Part shown: positions 1 through 12,209 of the stretch, one piece after another | How the letters are laid out: each line of letters starts with the position of its first letter | How positions within the stretch are numbered: the first letter of the stretch is position 1 | Made by a program: the position numbers and the translations under genes | The notes under the pieces: model-generated | Told to the model about the DNA's origin: nothing | Database searches by the model: none | What the model saw: the letters and a program-made list of their open reading frames with translations, nothing else | Assembly (NCBI GenBank): GCA_964016885.1 | Contig: OZ024758.1 | Span: forward strand, 5,456,001 to 5,520,000 | DNA from: Eledone cirrhosa | Taxonomy: Eukaryota | Direction of reading: 5' to 3' | DNA length: 64,000 nucleotides

Positions 1-39
1 TCGCAATCGGAAGTAATTCGAACATGTAATGAGACACTT

Positions 40-412
40 GAAGGATTTGGGATTTCTGAGCACTGCAATATAAGAACTTGTGTCAGGCAGCGGGGAAAGA
101 GGGACCCCAGGGATTTGAGACTACTGAGCACTGTAATATATGAACCTGTGCCAAGCAGCAAGGAAAGAGGGGCCCTCAAGGATTTGAGACTACTGAGCAC
201 TGTAATATATGAACTAGTGCCAGGGAGCAGGGCTAGATGGCGGCCAAGAAGGTGCTGGATGAGCGACATCTGTGCTTGTACCGATGGTGGTCTCTGAAAG
301 GTGATTTGAATGGCAGAGACCAGGACAGGACTGCTTGGAGGAAAATTCAGAAAGCATCCACAGATCCTTGGGGAACATGATGATAATGATGATGGTGATG
401 ATGATGATGACG
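40..412 (+). mobile_element. RTE-clade LINE 3' fragment with a triplicated ~68-bp segment
   Basis: Translates RLLSTVIYELVPGSRARWRPRRCWMSDI then QDRTAWRK, typical of RTE ORF C-termini; ends in an (ATG)n tail; 40-230 is three diverged ~68-bp copies. Confidence 0.6.
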
Positions 413-555
413 ATATCATCTTTATTATATAACATCTAGATAGGATAACATTTTCATAACATAACATGTAAAATTTTACAACGCAATATTTGAATTACTT
501 AACAGCTATACAAGCCTTCCGGCACTAAGGGGTTTCTGGAGTTTAAGCCCCTCTA

Positions 556-776
556 ATAATGGTTTCTTATATAGGCACAAGGTCAGCAATTTTAGGGGAG
601 GGGAAAGTCGATTAGATCGACCCCGGTGCATGACAGGTACTTTATTTTATTGACCCCGTAAGTATGAAAGGCAAAGTTAATCTCGACGGGATTTGAACTC
701 AGATCATAAAGGGCCGTAACTCTATGCTACAAAGCATGGCCTCCGACCCTCTACCGATACTGCCAATCCACTGCCC
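556..776 (-). mobile_element. tRNA-derived SINE family 1 (Nin-domain-like core)
   Basis: Reverse complement of A box TGGCAGTATCGG, B box GAGTTCAAATCC and core CCTTTCATACTTACGGGGTCAATAAAATAAAGTACC; more than 15 full or partial copies in the window. Confidence 0.85.
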
Positions 777-936
777 TCTAATAATGTGGAAACTTGTTAG
801 TTTTTTTAGTTAAAAAAGTTATGTATTACTGTTCATATAAGTAACGAGTCTCAGTAGAGAGCGAACTCTTGCTAACTCATCAAATATGTAAATAGTTGGG
901 AATGCTATTAACGCCATTATTATTTTAAGCTCCTTG

Positions 937-1128
937 GGGCGGTTGATTGGCAGTATCGGTAGAGCGCCGGACATCATGCTTTGCAGCATAGAGTTACGGC
1001 CATTTATGGTCTGAGTTTAAATCCCGCTGAGGTTAACTTTGCCTTTCATCCTTACGGGGTCGATAAAATAAAGTACCAGTAATGTACTGGGTAATTGGTG
1101 GCCTTGTGCCTAAAGTAGAAACAATTAT
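937..1128 (+). mobile_element. tRNA-derived SINE family 1
   Basis: GGGCGGTTGATTGGCAGTATCGG head, B box, core GCCTTTCATCCTTACGGGGTCGATAAAATAAAGTACCAG, tail GGCCTTGTGCCTAAAGTAGAAACAATTATT. Confidence 0.85.
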
Positions 1129-1372
1129 TTTAAGCCCCTTCAATCCATAAACTGTCACGGAAGCCCTCTTATATAATGATATAACATCTTTATAATTGGA
1201 ATTACATAACAGCTTTATGATTATATTACATCTAAACAAGGTTATTTTTTAAGAGCCAACTTTTTCGTGCGGCGTTATGTAAACACTTTTAACCGAGCTT
1301 CTTCGTGTATTACGTCAGCTTTTACGTACATAGTTTCTAATGCTGTTAACAATCATCTCAGTCTATGAGAGT

Positions 1373-1557
1373 AATAATTGTTTCTACTTTAGGCACAAGG
1401 CCAGCAATTATCCAGTGCATTACTGGTACTTTATTTTATCGACCCCGTAAGGATGAAAGGCAAAGTCAACCTCGGCGGGATTTGAACTCAGATCGTAAAG
1501 GGACGTAACTATGCTGGAAAGCATGGCGTCCGACCCTCTACCGGTACTGCCAATCCA
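1373..1557 (-). mobile_element. tRNA-derived SINE family 1
   Basis: Near full-length reverse copy of the 937-1128 element. Confidence 0.85.
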
Positions 1558-1670
1558 GAGAGTAATAATATATCAAAGCCTGTATCTCTGAAATACAGTA
1601 GAATGGGTGGGTGATGAGCAACTGAACAGAAAATCGTGGGTGATTGGAAATTTTGGTGCATGATATAGAA

Positions 1671-2595
1671 CAGGGAGTGTGCAACATATTCCATTGGCGG
1701 GCCACTTTTGAACATCGTAACAACTATTAGCGCCATTAATATTTATTAAGCACTATTCCTAAGATTCACCACAACTTCTTTCCACAACATTGAACTGGGT
1801 AATTATAACACACATAACCCTATCAGTGAAGCCCTTTAATAGAGGTCAACTGGGTAATTATAACACACATAACCCTATCAGTGAAGCCCTTTAATAGAGG
1901 TCAACTGGGTAATTATAACACACATAACCCTATCACTGAAGTCCTTTAATAGAGGTCAACTGGGTAATTATAACACACATAACCCTATCAGTGAAGTCCT
2001 TTAATAGAGGTTAACTGGGTAATTATAACACACATAACCCTATCAGTGAAGTCCTTTAATAGAGGTCAACTGGGTAATTATAACACACATAACCCTATCA
2101 GTGAAGTCCTTTAATAGAGGTTAACTGGGTAATTATAACACACATAACCCTATCAGTGAAGCCCTTTAATAGAGGTCAACTGGGTAATTATAACACACAT
2201 AACCCTATCAGTGAAGCCCTTTAATAGAGGTCAACTGGGTAATTATAACACACATAACCCTATCAGTGAAGCCCTTTAATAGAGGTTAACTGGGTAATTA
2301 TAACACACATAACCCTATCAGTGAAGCCCTTTAATAGAGGTTAACTGGGTAATTATAACACACATAACCCTATCAGTGAAGCCCTTTAATAGAGGTCAAC
2401 TGGGTAATTATAACACACATAACCCTATCAGTGAAGCCCTTTAATAGAGGTCAACTAACAGAAAATTGTATTACAGTTACGAAAAAAATTCTAAATAAGT
2501 CTACAAGGTAAAAATTAAAAACGGTCATCGCGGGCCATTCTGACGGGTCTGGTGAGCATGATCCTGGCCCGCGGGCCGCCTGTTGCACGTCCCTG
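1671..2595. mobile_element. hAT-type non-autonomous element (MITE) carrying a minisatellite
   Basis: TIRs CAGGGAGTGTGCAACA / TGTTGCACGTCCCTG; subterminal GGCCCGCGGGCC motif; degenerate 8-bp TSD ATATAGAA/ATATTGAG. Confidence 0.65.
1793..2456. repeat. 55-bp minisatellite, 12 copies
   Basis: Unit AACTGGGTAATTATAACACACATAACCCTATCAGTGAAGCCCTTTAATAGAGGTC head-to-tail with few C/T variants and no spacers. Confidence 0.97.
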
Positions 2596-2599
2596 ATAT

Positions 2600-3244
2600 T
2601 GAGGTTTGAGTAGAAAGAAGGGATTTCAACAATCTTAGGCTTTTCTCTAGGGTCTTTGTTTTTCCTAGTTGTAGTTTTCTTCGCCTTAGCATTTATCCAC
2701 TGGTCCTCTCCTGTCTGTTTATTTGCGTGTTTCTTCTTATTGGGGTCCACCTGATGGTCCTTTAGTTTACCTTTGCTGCATTCCAGGGTTTCACTTTCTT
2801 TTTCATCGTCTTCGCTGGTGTTATCTGCGTCGCAGGCTATCTCACTTTTAGGGGCTTTCAGATCCTTCCGGCTTTCCGTGGATCCTTTGTGGCGCGTATT
2901 TTTTTTATTTTTTATTTTCTTTCTTCTTTCGTCTCCTCTGTGAAAATATGACTCAGCTGATCCATGGAGATATACGTTGGAGGAGGCCAGCTAAACCTGC
3001 ATAGGTTTCGTTGTAGCTGCGTCAAGGTTTTCAGGTTCTCAAGGTTCTCAGAAAGCCACAGCTCTGTAGGGTTTCCTTAGTTTGATGGAGACCCACCTAC
3101 CAAGCTCCATACACCAAGCATTGTCTAATTCTTTCAATTTCCAGTTGCGTTGGCCTTTGTTTACATTTTCACGAACAATATTCGTATTCCGGAGCCTTGG
3201 GGAGGCCAGCACGTGGGACCCCATTTGCTCATAATAGAGAGAGA
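2600..3244 (-). mobile_element. Probable LINE ORF1 (gag-like) remnant
   Basis: Lys-rich broken ORF (2451-2750 track); 3206-3244 shares GACCCCATTTGCTCATAATA with 50398-50437 next to the Tx1-like LINE. Confidence 0.4.
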
Positions 3245-4044
3245 TAGGCAGGGTGAGAGAGATGGGGGGGAGATGGAGGTGATGTGGTAGTGGTGGTGTG
3301 GTGGTGGTGGTGGTGTAGTAATGGAGCAGGGCTGATTGTCTAATTAATAGTGGTAACTATTGGTCGGTGTGATGCTGAGTATTTTCATGGTGTACATGCT
3401 TTACACGAGCGGTCTGTCCTCCAACCACAAGTAGGTCTAGTGCAACTTAGATTGTCTTTGTTGCATGGCTGGGGAAACAGTAGTTTCAAGTTAGCTAACA
3501 GGATGTTTCTCTTATGGCGACAGTCGTATGTCTCCAAGGTAAATTTCTTTACTAACTACCGACATACTTTAGGAAATAAGTTACACACTACGTAATTATG
3601 GCAAACGTAATTAATTGGGGTTGAAATGCGAGTTTTATTTTTTTACTTCTAAAGACTTATACGAACTTCCCTAAGTAACCGGCTATAAGAAAAGACTGGT
3701 ATGGAGTAGTAAAGTATGTAATACAGATAGTTTAGTTAAAATACACTTTAAAAAACATTGCAGTAACATTATAGAAATAGTTTTGAAACTAAGAGTTTTG
3801 ACCAGAAAATAAGATAAACTCTCCTTAAAATGTAACAAGTGCATCATGTAGTTACGTGTTTGTGTATATGGGAGTGGATAGTATCTGTCCTTTGTAGAAT
3901 GGAGCCGGTTGTCAATGACTAGAAGGAAATGAGTGCTTAAAATTGATAAGCAATAACATTCCCCATGTTATCAGAAAGAGGTTTGGTTAAAATTCAGATT
4001 CTAAGATGTAGAAAGGGAGCAGAGACCTTAGTAATAATAATTAT

Positions 4045-4480
4045 TATTATTTCTAGTATAGGCACAAGGCCAGTAATTTGGTGGGAAGGGGAAGTCGATT
4101 AAATCGACACCAGTGCATTACTGGTGCTTTATTTTATCGGCCCCGTAAGGATGAAAGGCAAAGTTAACCTCGGCGGGATTTGAACTCAGATCGTAAAGGG
4201 CCGTAACTGTATGCTGCAAAGCATGGCGTCCGACGCTCTACTAATACTGCCAATCCAATAATAATTGTTTCTACTTTAGGCACAAGGCCAGCAATATGAA
4301 AAGGTCGGTGGGAAAGTCGATTAAATCGACCCCATTACATTACTGGTACTTTATTTTATCGACCCCGTAAGGATGAAAGGCAACGTTAACCTCGGCGGGA
4401 TTTGAACTCAGAACATAAAGGGCCATTACTCTGTATTTCTAAGCATGGTGTCTGACGCTCTACCGATACTGCCAATCCGA
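4045..4480 (-). mobile_element. Two tandem SINE family 1 copies
   Basis: Two consecutive reverse copies (4045-4257, 4258-4480), each with core and tRNA head. Confidence 0.85.
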
Positions 4481-5888
4481 TGTCCTTGTTGAAAATAAAC
4501 AACTTCCTTTAACATGATACTCTCATGGAATGACCAAATGAGGTTTATTTTTTTAAAATGCAGTTATTAATAAGAAGAGTTGAAATTAATGCATGCAAGA
4601 TTTCATAGCTCTAGCACCATTCCTTCATAGTCGGCCTATGAACTTTACAGCCTACTCTCCTACACTCACATTATATACTGCTCACTAATACAGGGTTTTT
4701 CTACCATTCCCTGAAACAATAGCACAGTCAACCTGATACCCATATCTATATATACCATTCCCTGATCCCTGAAACAATAGCTCAGTCAACCTGATACCCT
4801 TATCTATATACCCGTATCTATATATACTCTCTTTGCTTTCAATGTTCTATTACAATGACTGTTATTTTCACATTCATTTGATCTGTTCTTCAAAGTGTTG
4901 TTTATTAATATCTTCGATTCTACTATCGGTGAATTGGAGCATAACTAGGACATTACTATCGGTGTTTAGACAAATCTCCCTCTATCATTTCTTAATTAAG
5001 TAGATTAGCTATTTTATATGACTGTATTCAAATAAATGTTTCACTTCTTTATCAGCAGATACAGGGAGGCCACAAAAATATATTTCATCATAATTTTTCA
5101 CTGTCAAGAAATAAGGTAAATGGCCACATCTCAACCGTTCTTGGTTACATTGTCCAAAAATGTTGTTATATTCTATATTGTGTCTTTCAATATCGTGTAT
5201 TTCCTGGCGTCGAAGACGCTACTGTTTCCCTAAAATAAGTCTCAAAAATCTACGAAGGTTGTTTATTTATTTATTTTTTTTCAAATTCTGGTTGTCAAAA
5301 TTAGGGTGCGTCCTCGAGGACGAAGCGTTGGGGTCGATTAAATAAAGTACCAGTAATACACTGGGATAATTGCTGGCCTTGTGCCAAAAATAGAAACAAT
5401 TATATATATATATATATGATACAAGTGGAAGCTTAGTAAAATCGAAGCTTTGGCTGTGGCAAAGCAAAGTCAACCTACAATAGGAATGAGTTAGCAAAGC
5501 ACTCAATAAGGGTTAGGTCCTTAGAGTAATAACATACGTTTAAATAGCTTGACAAATTGAACATTGTGGTAGGCAAAACCCAACCACACAATACCAAAGT
5601 AACGAAAGAACTAACAGGTTAAAAAACACACCTGGACAAATAAAACGATAGGTCTGAAGTGTTTCTATGAATCCGAAATCATTTATCCAACTTACGTAAC
5701 ACGCAAGCTTGTGGTATTCCATGATCGAACAGAGGATTGATTTCATCAACAAGGATTTCGTTCTGCCTCAAACCGGTGTGAGCAAACCAAATGCGACCGC
5801 TACAGTAGTTAGCCTAACACTTCGTTATCACGTGTTATTTCCAACAAGGGAAGCAACCCCCGGTTTTTGGCGGGTAAATACAAAGTGT

Positions 5889-5947
<59 letters not shown>

Positions 5948-5967
5948 ATATTATTATATTATATATA

Positions 5968-6106
5968 GGGCGGTGGATTGGCAGTATCGGTAGAAGGTCG
6001 GACGCCATGCTTTGCAGCACAGTTACGTCCTTTTACGGACTGAGTTCAAATCCCGCCGAGGTTAACTTTGCCTTTCATCCTTACGGAGTCGATAAAATAA
6101 AGTACC
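5968..6106 (+). mobile_element. SINE family 1, 3'-truncated
   Basis: tRNA head with A/B boxes and core up to AAAGTACC. Confidence 0.85.
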
Positions 6107-6506
6107 ATATATATATAGGAAAATGTTTGACCCCGACGGCAGAGCTCAAGCCGTTTCGGCGGCTATTTCTGGACTCAGAAATATATAAATGGAAGTTTAG
6201 TAAGATCAAAGTTTCGGCTGTAGCCAAGCCAACAAGACACAATGAGGAATTGTGCAGCCAAACACTCAATGAGGAATCTCAAAGTAATAACATTCGTTAG
6301 ACGGCATGACGATTTGAAAAGAGTGGCAGCAACGCCCAGTCACGACACCGAAGCAACGAGAAAACCAACAGGTTATATATATATATAATGTGGTTAAGAT
6401 TAAATATTATCCAATTACAAAGTATGAGAATAGCTCTATGTAAAATAACAAGTATATTACAGAGCCGAAATACTTTATAAAACACTCTTTGATTGTTGTT
6501 TTTAAG

Positions 6507-6539
<33 letters not shown>

Positions 6540-6576
6540 ATATATAAGAACAAAAGATGGTTAAAAGAGTTCCATG

Positions 6577-6647
6577 TATTTTATTATGCGCATTTCAAAA
6601 ACAAATATCATCATGCAATAATATTTGTGTTTTCATCAGATAAAACA
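6577..6647 (-). ncRNA. Minimal type I hammerhead ribozyme motif (family A)
   Basis: Minus strand: UGUUUUAU-CUGAUGA-stem II-GAAA-UGCGCA-UA-AUAAAAUA; palindromic stem III AUGCGCAU; 8-bp stem I. Confidence 0.75.
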
Positions 6648-6910
6648 GGAAGACATGATATGAAGGTTAAAAAACACTTGTGGATAGTGCAGTTTTAAAT
6701 CAACATATATATATATATATATAATCAACATATATATATAATCAACATATATATATAATCAACATATATATAATCAACATATATATATATATATAAAAGT
6801 TAAACAAGGTTCAATGAATACGTCAAAGAATGAGTTTTACAATAGATTGGTAGCACTCAACAGAGTGAATCTTAACCATCTACTATGTCAGGGTATGTCA
6901 TGCATCATCT

Positions 6911-6977
6911 TATTTTATCTGATGAGGACGTACTGTTGAACTTAACTCAGTACCTCTGAAATATGTATAATAAAATA
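6911..6977 (+). ncRNA. Minimal type I hammerhead ribozyme motif
   Basis: UAUUUUAU-CUGAUGA(6919)-GGACGUACUG..CAGUACCUCU-GAAA-UAUGUA-UA-AUAAAAUA; predicted cleavage after 6969. Confidence 0.7.
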
Positions 6978-7017
6978 TAATTGATCACAAGAATGTCTAT
7001 TTTGTTAAGATTTTAAA

Positions 7018-7083
<66 letters not shown>

Positions 7084-7220
7084 AAGAATGAAGAGTAACA
7101 TGGTTGCTTGTACAATAAGGGCTTTATTTAAGGTACTGACAATTGTTTCGTTGAAACTATCCACGACGCAGAGTACTCACAACCTCTAACTGGATTACCT
7201 ATAACGATAACTTGTTATCC

Positions 7221-7272
<52 letters not shown>

Positions 7273-7655
7273 AAATTAAGATAAATCAAAGTGAATTTAA
7301 TCTAAATCAAAATTATGGGTGTCATGCCAGAAAGGCATGCGCCATATCACCCGTAAAATAAGCTCCAAGATTCTAATTCTGATTTGAACTTAATGCGTAA
7401 ACACAGATGGCTGGACTTCTTCCTTGTTGAAAATCCAAGTACCGGCCTCCGTGGTTTACCATTCGATTAATTGGTGAAATATATTTCTTTAATGAAATAT
7501 ATACAGGGAAGATTAATCATATTATAAGGTATCTATTTATGAAGTTCTAGTTAACTTTATTTAGTTACCTACCTAGCTATGTGTGCTTACACACTTGTAA
7601 AAATTATCCCCTGTGATTGTTTCATATGTTTATTTATATGTTAATCAATTTCTAG

Positions 7656-7717
<62 letters not shown>

Positions 7718-7730
7718 CTGGAATTGAACC

Positions 7731-7761
<31 letters not shown>

Positions 7762-8141
7762 TGATATTGAACCATCAGACAGTTGGGGTATGTCAGACAT
7801 CAATTATACAGCAGATTTCTGCCAGAGAAAGATAGAAAGTGTGAAGTGTGAGAGAGAAAGGAAGTGAGAAACAGATATAGAAGAAGAATCGATACCAGTG
7901 TTAGACTGGTACTTTCTTTTTATCGATCTGAAATGGATGAAAGGCAAAGTTGACCTCGGTGGGATTTGAACTCAGAAAACAGAAAGACGGAACGAATACC
8001 CCAAATTTAATTTCTAACGTCTCTGCCATTTCACTGCTCTATAATTACTGATGTAACATTGGTTAATTCCATATAAAATCGCGTAACGTGAATATTGTTA
8101 ATAGTATTCTTCAAACAGCGTACCAGGATCGGCTAAAACCT

Positions 8142-8859
8142 TCATAGGTTGACTATGAAGGAGTGATGCTAGAGCTGTGAAATCTTGCAAACATTAATTT
8201 CAACTCTTCTTATTAATAACTGCATTGTTTCTTTCCAAGGACTATGTTGAAAAATAAACCTCATTTGGTCATTCCATGAAAGTATCTTGGTCAGCCTATG
8301 TAGTGATGCTAGAGCTGTGAAATCTTGCAGGCATTAATTTCAACTCTTCTTATTAATAACTGCATTGTTTCTTTCCAAGGACTATGTTGAAAAATAAACC
8401 TCATTTAGTCATTCCATGAGAGTATCTTGGTCAGCCTATGGAGTGATGCTAGAGCTGTGAAATCTTGCAGGCATTAATTTCAACTCTTCTTATTAATAAC
8501 TGCATTGTTTCTTTCCAAGGACTATGTTGAAAAATAAACCTCATTTGGTCATTCCATGAAAGTATCTTGGTCAGCCTATGGAGTGATGTTAGAGCTGTGA
8601 AATCTTGCAGGCATTAATTTCAACTCTTCTTATTAATAACTGCATTGTTTCTTTCCAGGGACTATGTTGAAAAATAAACCTCATTTGGTCATTCCGTGAG
8701 AGTATCTTGGTCAGCCTATGGAGTGATGCTAGAGCTGTGAAATCTTGCAGGCATTAATTTCAACTCTTCTTATTAATAACTGCATTGTTTCTTTCCAGGG
8801 ACTATGTTGAAAAATAAACCTCATTTGGTCATTCCGTGAGAGTATCTTGGTCAGCCTAC
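8142..8859. repeat. 140-bp tandem array (5 copies) derived from a dispersed MITE-like unit
   Basis: Units start at 8160, 8300, 8440, 8580, 8720; solo copies at ~4510-4641 (reverse) and ~26700-26840; ends CATAGGTTGAC / GTCAGCCTATG are inverted repeats. Confidence 0.9.
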
Positions 8860-9569
8860 GTACCTTTCGGCCGATCCTCGGATATGCAAAAACTAAGCAC
8901 ATTTAACATGATTTTTTTTCTTTTACTTTGATTCTTAAAATTATATTTTTGTTATTTCTATAAATGGTGGGATAACTAGAAATCGATAACAGCTGAGATA
9001 AGTATTGAGCTCTATATATGATTGACTAAATTCGTTGAACAAAAGTTAAAGACAGTTCGTGAACATGAGCACAAGCACGGACGCTCTACCGTCTTGAAAA
9101 CGAGAAGCATACATTGGATAATGAAGTCGTAAATACATATGAGGTGATATCATTTATCGACTGGCTTAATCAGAAGTGGAGGTGTCGCCCTCTTGACCCT
9201 TCATTCAGGAGACCCGAAATTGGGCAGAGAAAAGGATGATGTCAGCTTCAAACCGGAAACTTGGACCAACCGGAAATTGGACCAACCGGACTCCACTAAA
9301 ACCACTCAACGGTCTGCTAATTGCGTTAAACCAAGAAACAGCTAAAAGTCAAAGACCTAAAATCTCCAAACAATCCATCCTACTGATGGGCTTCCGCGTA
9401 TTTTACGTCTACCAAATATCATTGAGATATGTCTGGTCTGGTCTTTTTCGAGACTATAAGTAGAAGGTAGTTATCTAATGGGTGTGTAATCGAATCTGGA
9501 TCAATGAGGTTACCAAGTGAACTTCTAACCCACTTGACCTTGCATTTTCTTATGGCTGACGTGAGTATA

Positions 9570-9821
9570 AACAACAGCAGTAACAACAGTAGCAGCAGTA
9601 ACAACAACAACATCAGCAGTAACAACAGTAGCAGCAGTAACAACAACAGCAGCAGCAGTAACAACAACAACAGTAACAACAACAACAACAACAGTAACAA
9701 CAACAGTTACAACAACAGTTACAACAACAGGAACAACAACAACAGTAACAACAACAGCAACGGTAACAATAGAAGCAACAGTAACAACAACAACAGTAAC
9801 AATAACAACAACAGTAACAAC
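9570..9821. repeat. (AAC/AGC/AGT)n trinucleotide microsatellite
   Basis: Visible directly; source of the poly-N, poly-L and poly-V ORFs. Confidence 0.97.
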
Positions 9822-10405
9822 CTCATTTATTATACGAGACATATAAACACACTATTTTTTTAATATAAATAGGATTCGCTGATTTGTCTACAATCCGGAT
9901 GTTAATAAAATCCTTATAAATTGTGTTTTAACTCTAAAGAATATATGAGCCAATAGAAGAACTAAAAACAACAGCTGATATCTACCTAAGATAAAATCCT
10001 ATTGGTCTTTTTTTTTTAAATAGGGGTCATTGTACAATGTAGTCTTAGTTGCACCGAATCGGAAACAGATTTATATAGATTTTTGAGGTTCAAAGTCTGA
10101 AAACCTTTCAAGGCTGTTATTATAAACATATCAGTCGCTGACGGATTTTTGTAGTCCGGCAGATTTCTGTGTGCTAAACTAAGAGGATGCTGACTGTTTC
10201 AATTTGATGAAATTGAAAAGTACTTTAACCAATGTGGTTTTAACGAAAAAACAATTTAATTTATATAAATGTTTTGCTAATCCAAAACGGAGAAAGCAGG
10301 ATTTGCTAACATCGATTTTATAAAGATCCTGTATATATATATATATGTTGATTTAAAACTGCACTATCAACAAGTGTTTTTTTTAGCCTTCATATCATGT
10401 TCTCC

Positions 10406-10476
10406 TGTTTTATCTGATGAAAACACAAATATTATTGTTTGATGATGTTTGTTTTTGAAATGCGCATAATAAAATA
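10406..10476 (+). ncRNA. Minimal type I hammerhead ribozyme motif (family A)
   Basis: UGUUUUAU-CUGAUGA(10414)-AAACACAAAUAUUAU..AUGAUGUUUGUUUUU-GAAA-UGCGCA-UA-AUAAAAUA; cleavage predicted after 10468; same ~165-bp unit as 6545-6705. Confidence 0.78.
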
Positions 10477-10597
10477 TATTGAACTCCTTTAACCATCTTT
10501 TGATCTTATATTATGCATACTCCAGTCCCACAAACTGTAGAGTGCTTCTTATCCGATATCTGCATTGCTTTATTGTACTACAATAAAACTCACCTCC

Positions 10598-10673
<76 letters not shown>

Positions 10674-10879
10674 TTTTTGTTTTACAAGGTTTTTTTTATA
10701 TGAAATCGTATGTCGAAACAAATATTGTTATACTTGGGGAGGGTCATATTGTTATAATATTGCCAGAAATAATAACAGAACACACTCACTGTTTAGTTTG
10801 GGTTGGTTTTCGCTTCTGTATCTTTTATATCACCATTGTTGCATTTTTCTTGTTTGTTGTTATTGATTTCCTATTTTTT

Positions 10880-10965
10880 ATTCGATTATTGTGTAAAACC
10901 CCCACTGTCCCCGTCTATTGTATTGTCCCCTATATGTCGGCCCTTGTGGCCAATTAATAAAACCA
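10880..10965 (+). mobile_element. 3' tail of a Tx1-like LINE
   Basis: TGTATTGTCCCCTATATGTCGGCCCTTGTGGCCAATTAATAAA resembles the minus-strand tail of the LINE at ~50600-50645. Confidence 0.5.
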
Positions 10966-10982
10966 TTATTATTATCATTATT

Positions 10983-11177
10983 AATAATTGTTTCTACTTT
11001 AGGCGCAAGGCCAGCAATTATCCAGTGTATTACTGGTACTTTATTTTATAGACCCCCGTAAGGATGAAAGGCAAAGTTAACCTCGGCGGGATTATTAATA
11101 ATAACGGTGGATTGGCAGTATCGGTAGAGGGTCGGACGCCATGTTTTGCCGCATAGAGTTACGGCCCTTTATGATCT
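10983..11177. mobile_element. Two SINE family 1 halves in opposite orientation
   Basis: 3' half on minus (10983-11092) and tRNA head on plus (11105-11177). Confidence 0.75.
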
Positions 11178-11318
11178 TACTTAGTAGCCCAACCTTTGAT
11201 ATACATACAAGTCTGCATCTCTCACATGTAAGAGTCTCTTTTGAACCTCGTTCTGGGAGCGGATTTACCGCCCCCACCCTCCCATATATTTAGCTGCTCG
11301 CTTCATTTCAGCATGGGC

Positions 11319-11458
11319 TATAGAACCTGGTGTAGAAATATTGAGGTGATAGTATGGTAGAGTATAGAATCTGGTGTAGAAATATGGAGATTATAGTATG
11401 GTAGAGTATAGAATCTGGTGTAGAAATATGGAGATTATAGTATGGTAGACTATAGAAT
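11319..11458. repeat. 44-bp tandem repeat, 3 copies
   Basis: TATAGAATCTGGTGTAGAAATATGGAGATTATAGTATGGTAGAG unit. Confidence 0.85.
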
Positions 11459-12209
11459 CAGCTTTTTTTTTCAAATTCCTTAACACCGGTAGCAATCAGA
11501 TTTCACCACTAGGCTCTCTCTCTCTTGCAAAGGTTTCCTATGTTTTGCTGTTGGCCTTCTTTGGGTTATTTTCCAGACAGTCTGTAAAGCAGTTGTGGGG
11601 CTTGCTCTGCAGGCGTTTGTTTTGTAACAGTTCTTAACACAATACTTGTTTTGGGAGTCTGTTGTCCTCAAGGTGTATTGTATGGCATATTACTAGAGAC
11701 GCTATTTTATGATCATGGTCTCCATACTTGCCAGACAGGCCCCCTAAACTCCATACTTGCCAGACAGGCCCCCTAAAGTACATAAGTATTTGTTGTATGA
11801 GACCTCCATGAGATCTTCAGGACGAAGTGCAAGCAATGTTGGTAGAAACGTTCGAGGCGCTGGATATACTTACAATATGTTGTCCATGTCTCACATCCAT
11901 ACAGGAAAACTGTAAACACACATGTGTGATACACTTCGACTTCTGTGCATACACTGATATCTGAATATGACCACAAACACTTCTTCAGCTTACCAAAAGC
12001 ATCAGAAGCTTTTGACAGCCGGTAGGTGACCCCTTCATCAAGGGTGTTGGTTCTGAAGATAGTACTACCCAAGTAGACGAACTTATCCACAGCAACCTTC
12101 AATATTTTCCCTTTGAAAACTATGGATGGTGGAATATAAGGCTTTCCGAGTGCATGCTGGGATATCACTACTGTTTTTTTGTTTTTTTTCCAAGCTGATT
12201 GTCAGCCTG

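Noticed and set aside
937-1035. tRNA gene
   Set aside because: A and B boxes are SINE heads fused to a SINE body; no cloverleaf or terminator seen
1793-2456. Possible CRISPR array
   Set aside because: Units are contiguous 55-mers with no unique spacers, there are no cas genes and the context is eukaryotic; the same holds for the 44-, 47- and 140-bp arrays
7131-7180. Minus-strand hammerhead-like element (GAAACAAUUGUC with stem I)
   Set aside because: CUGANGA core absent; at best a dead relic, so not counted
9236-9570. Possible RLE-type LINE 3' end before the (AAC)n tract
   Set aside because: Resemblance (KISKQSILL) is too weak to call without a search
9419-9863. Poly-Asn and poly-Leu ORFs
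   Set aside because: (AAC)n microsatellite
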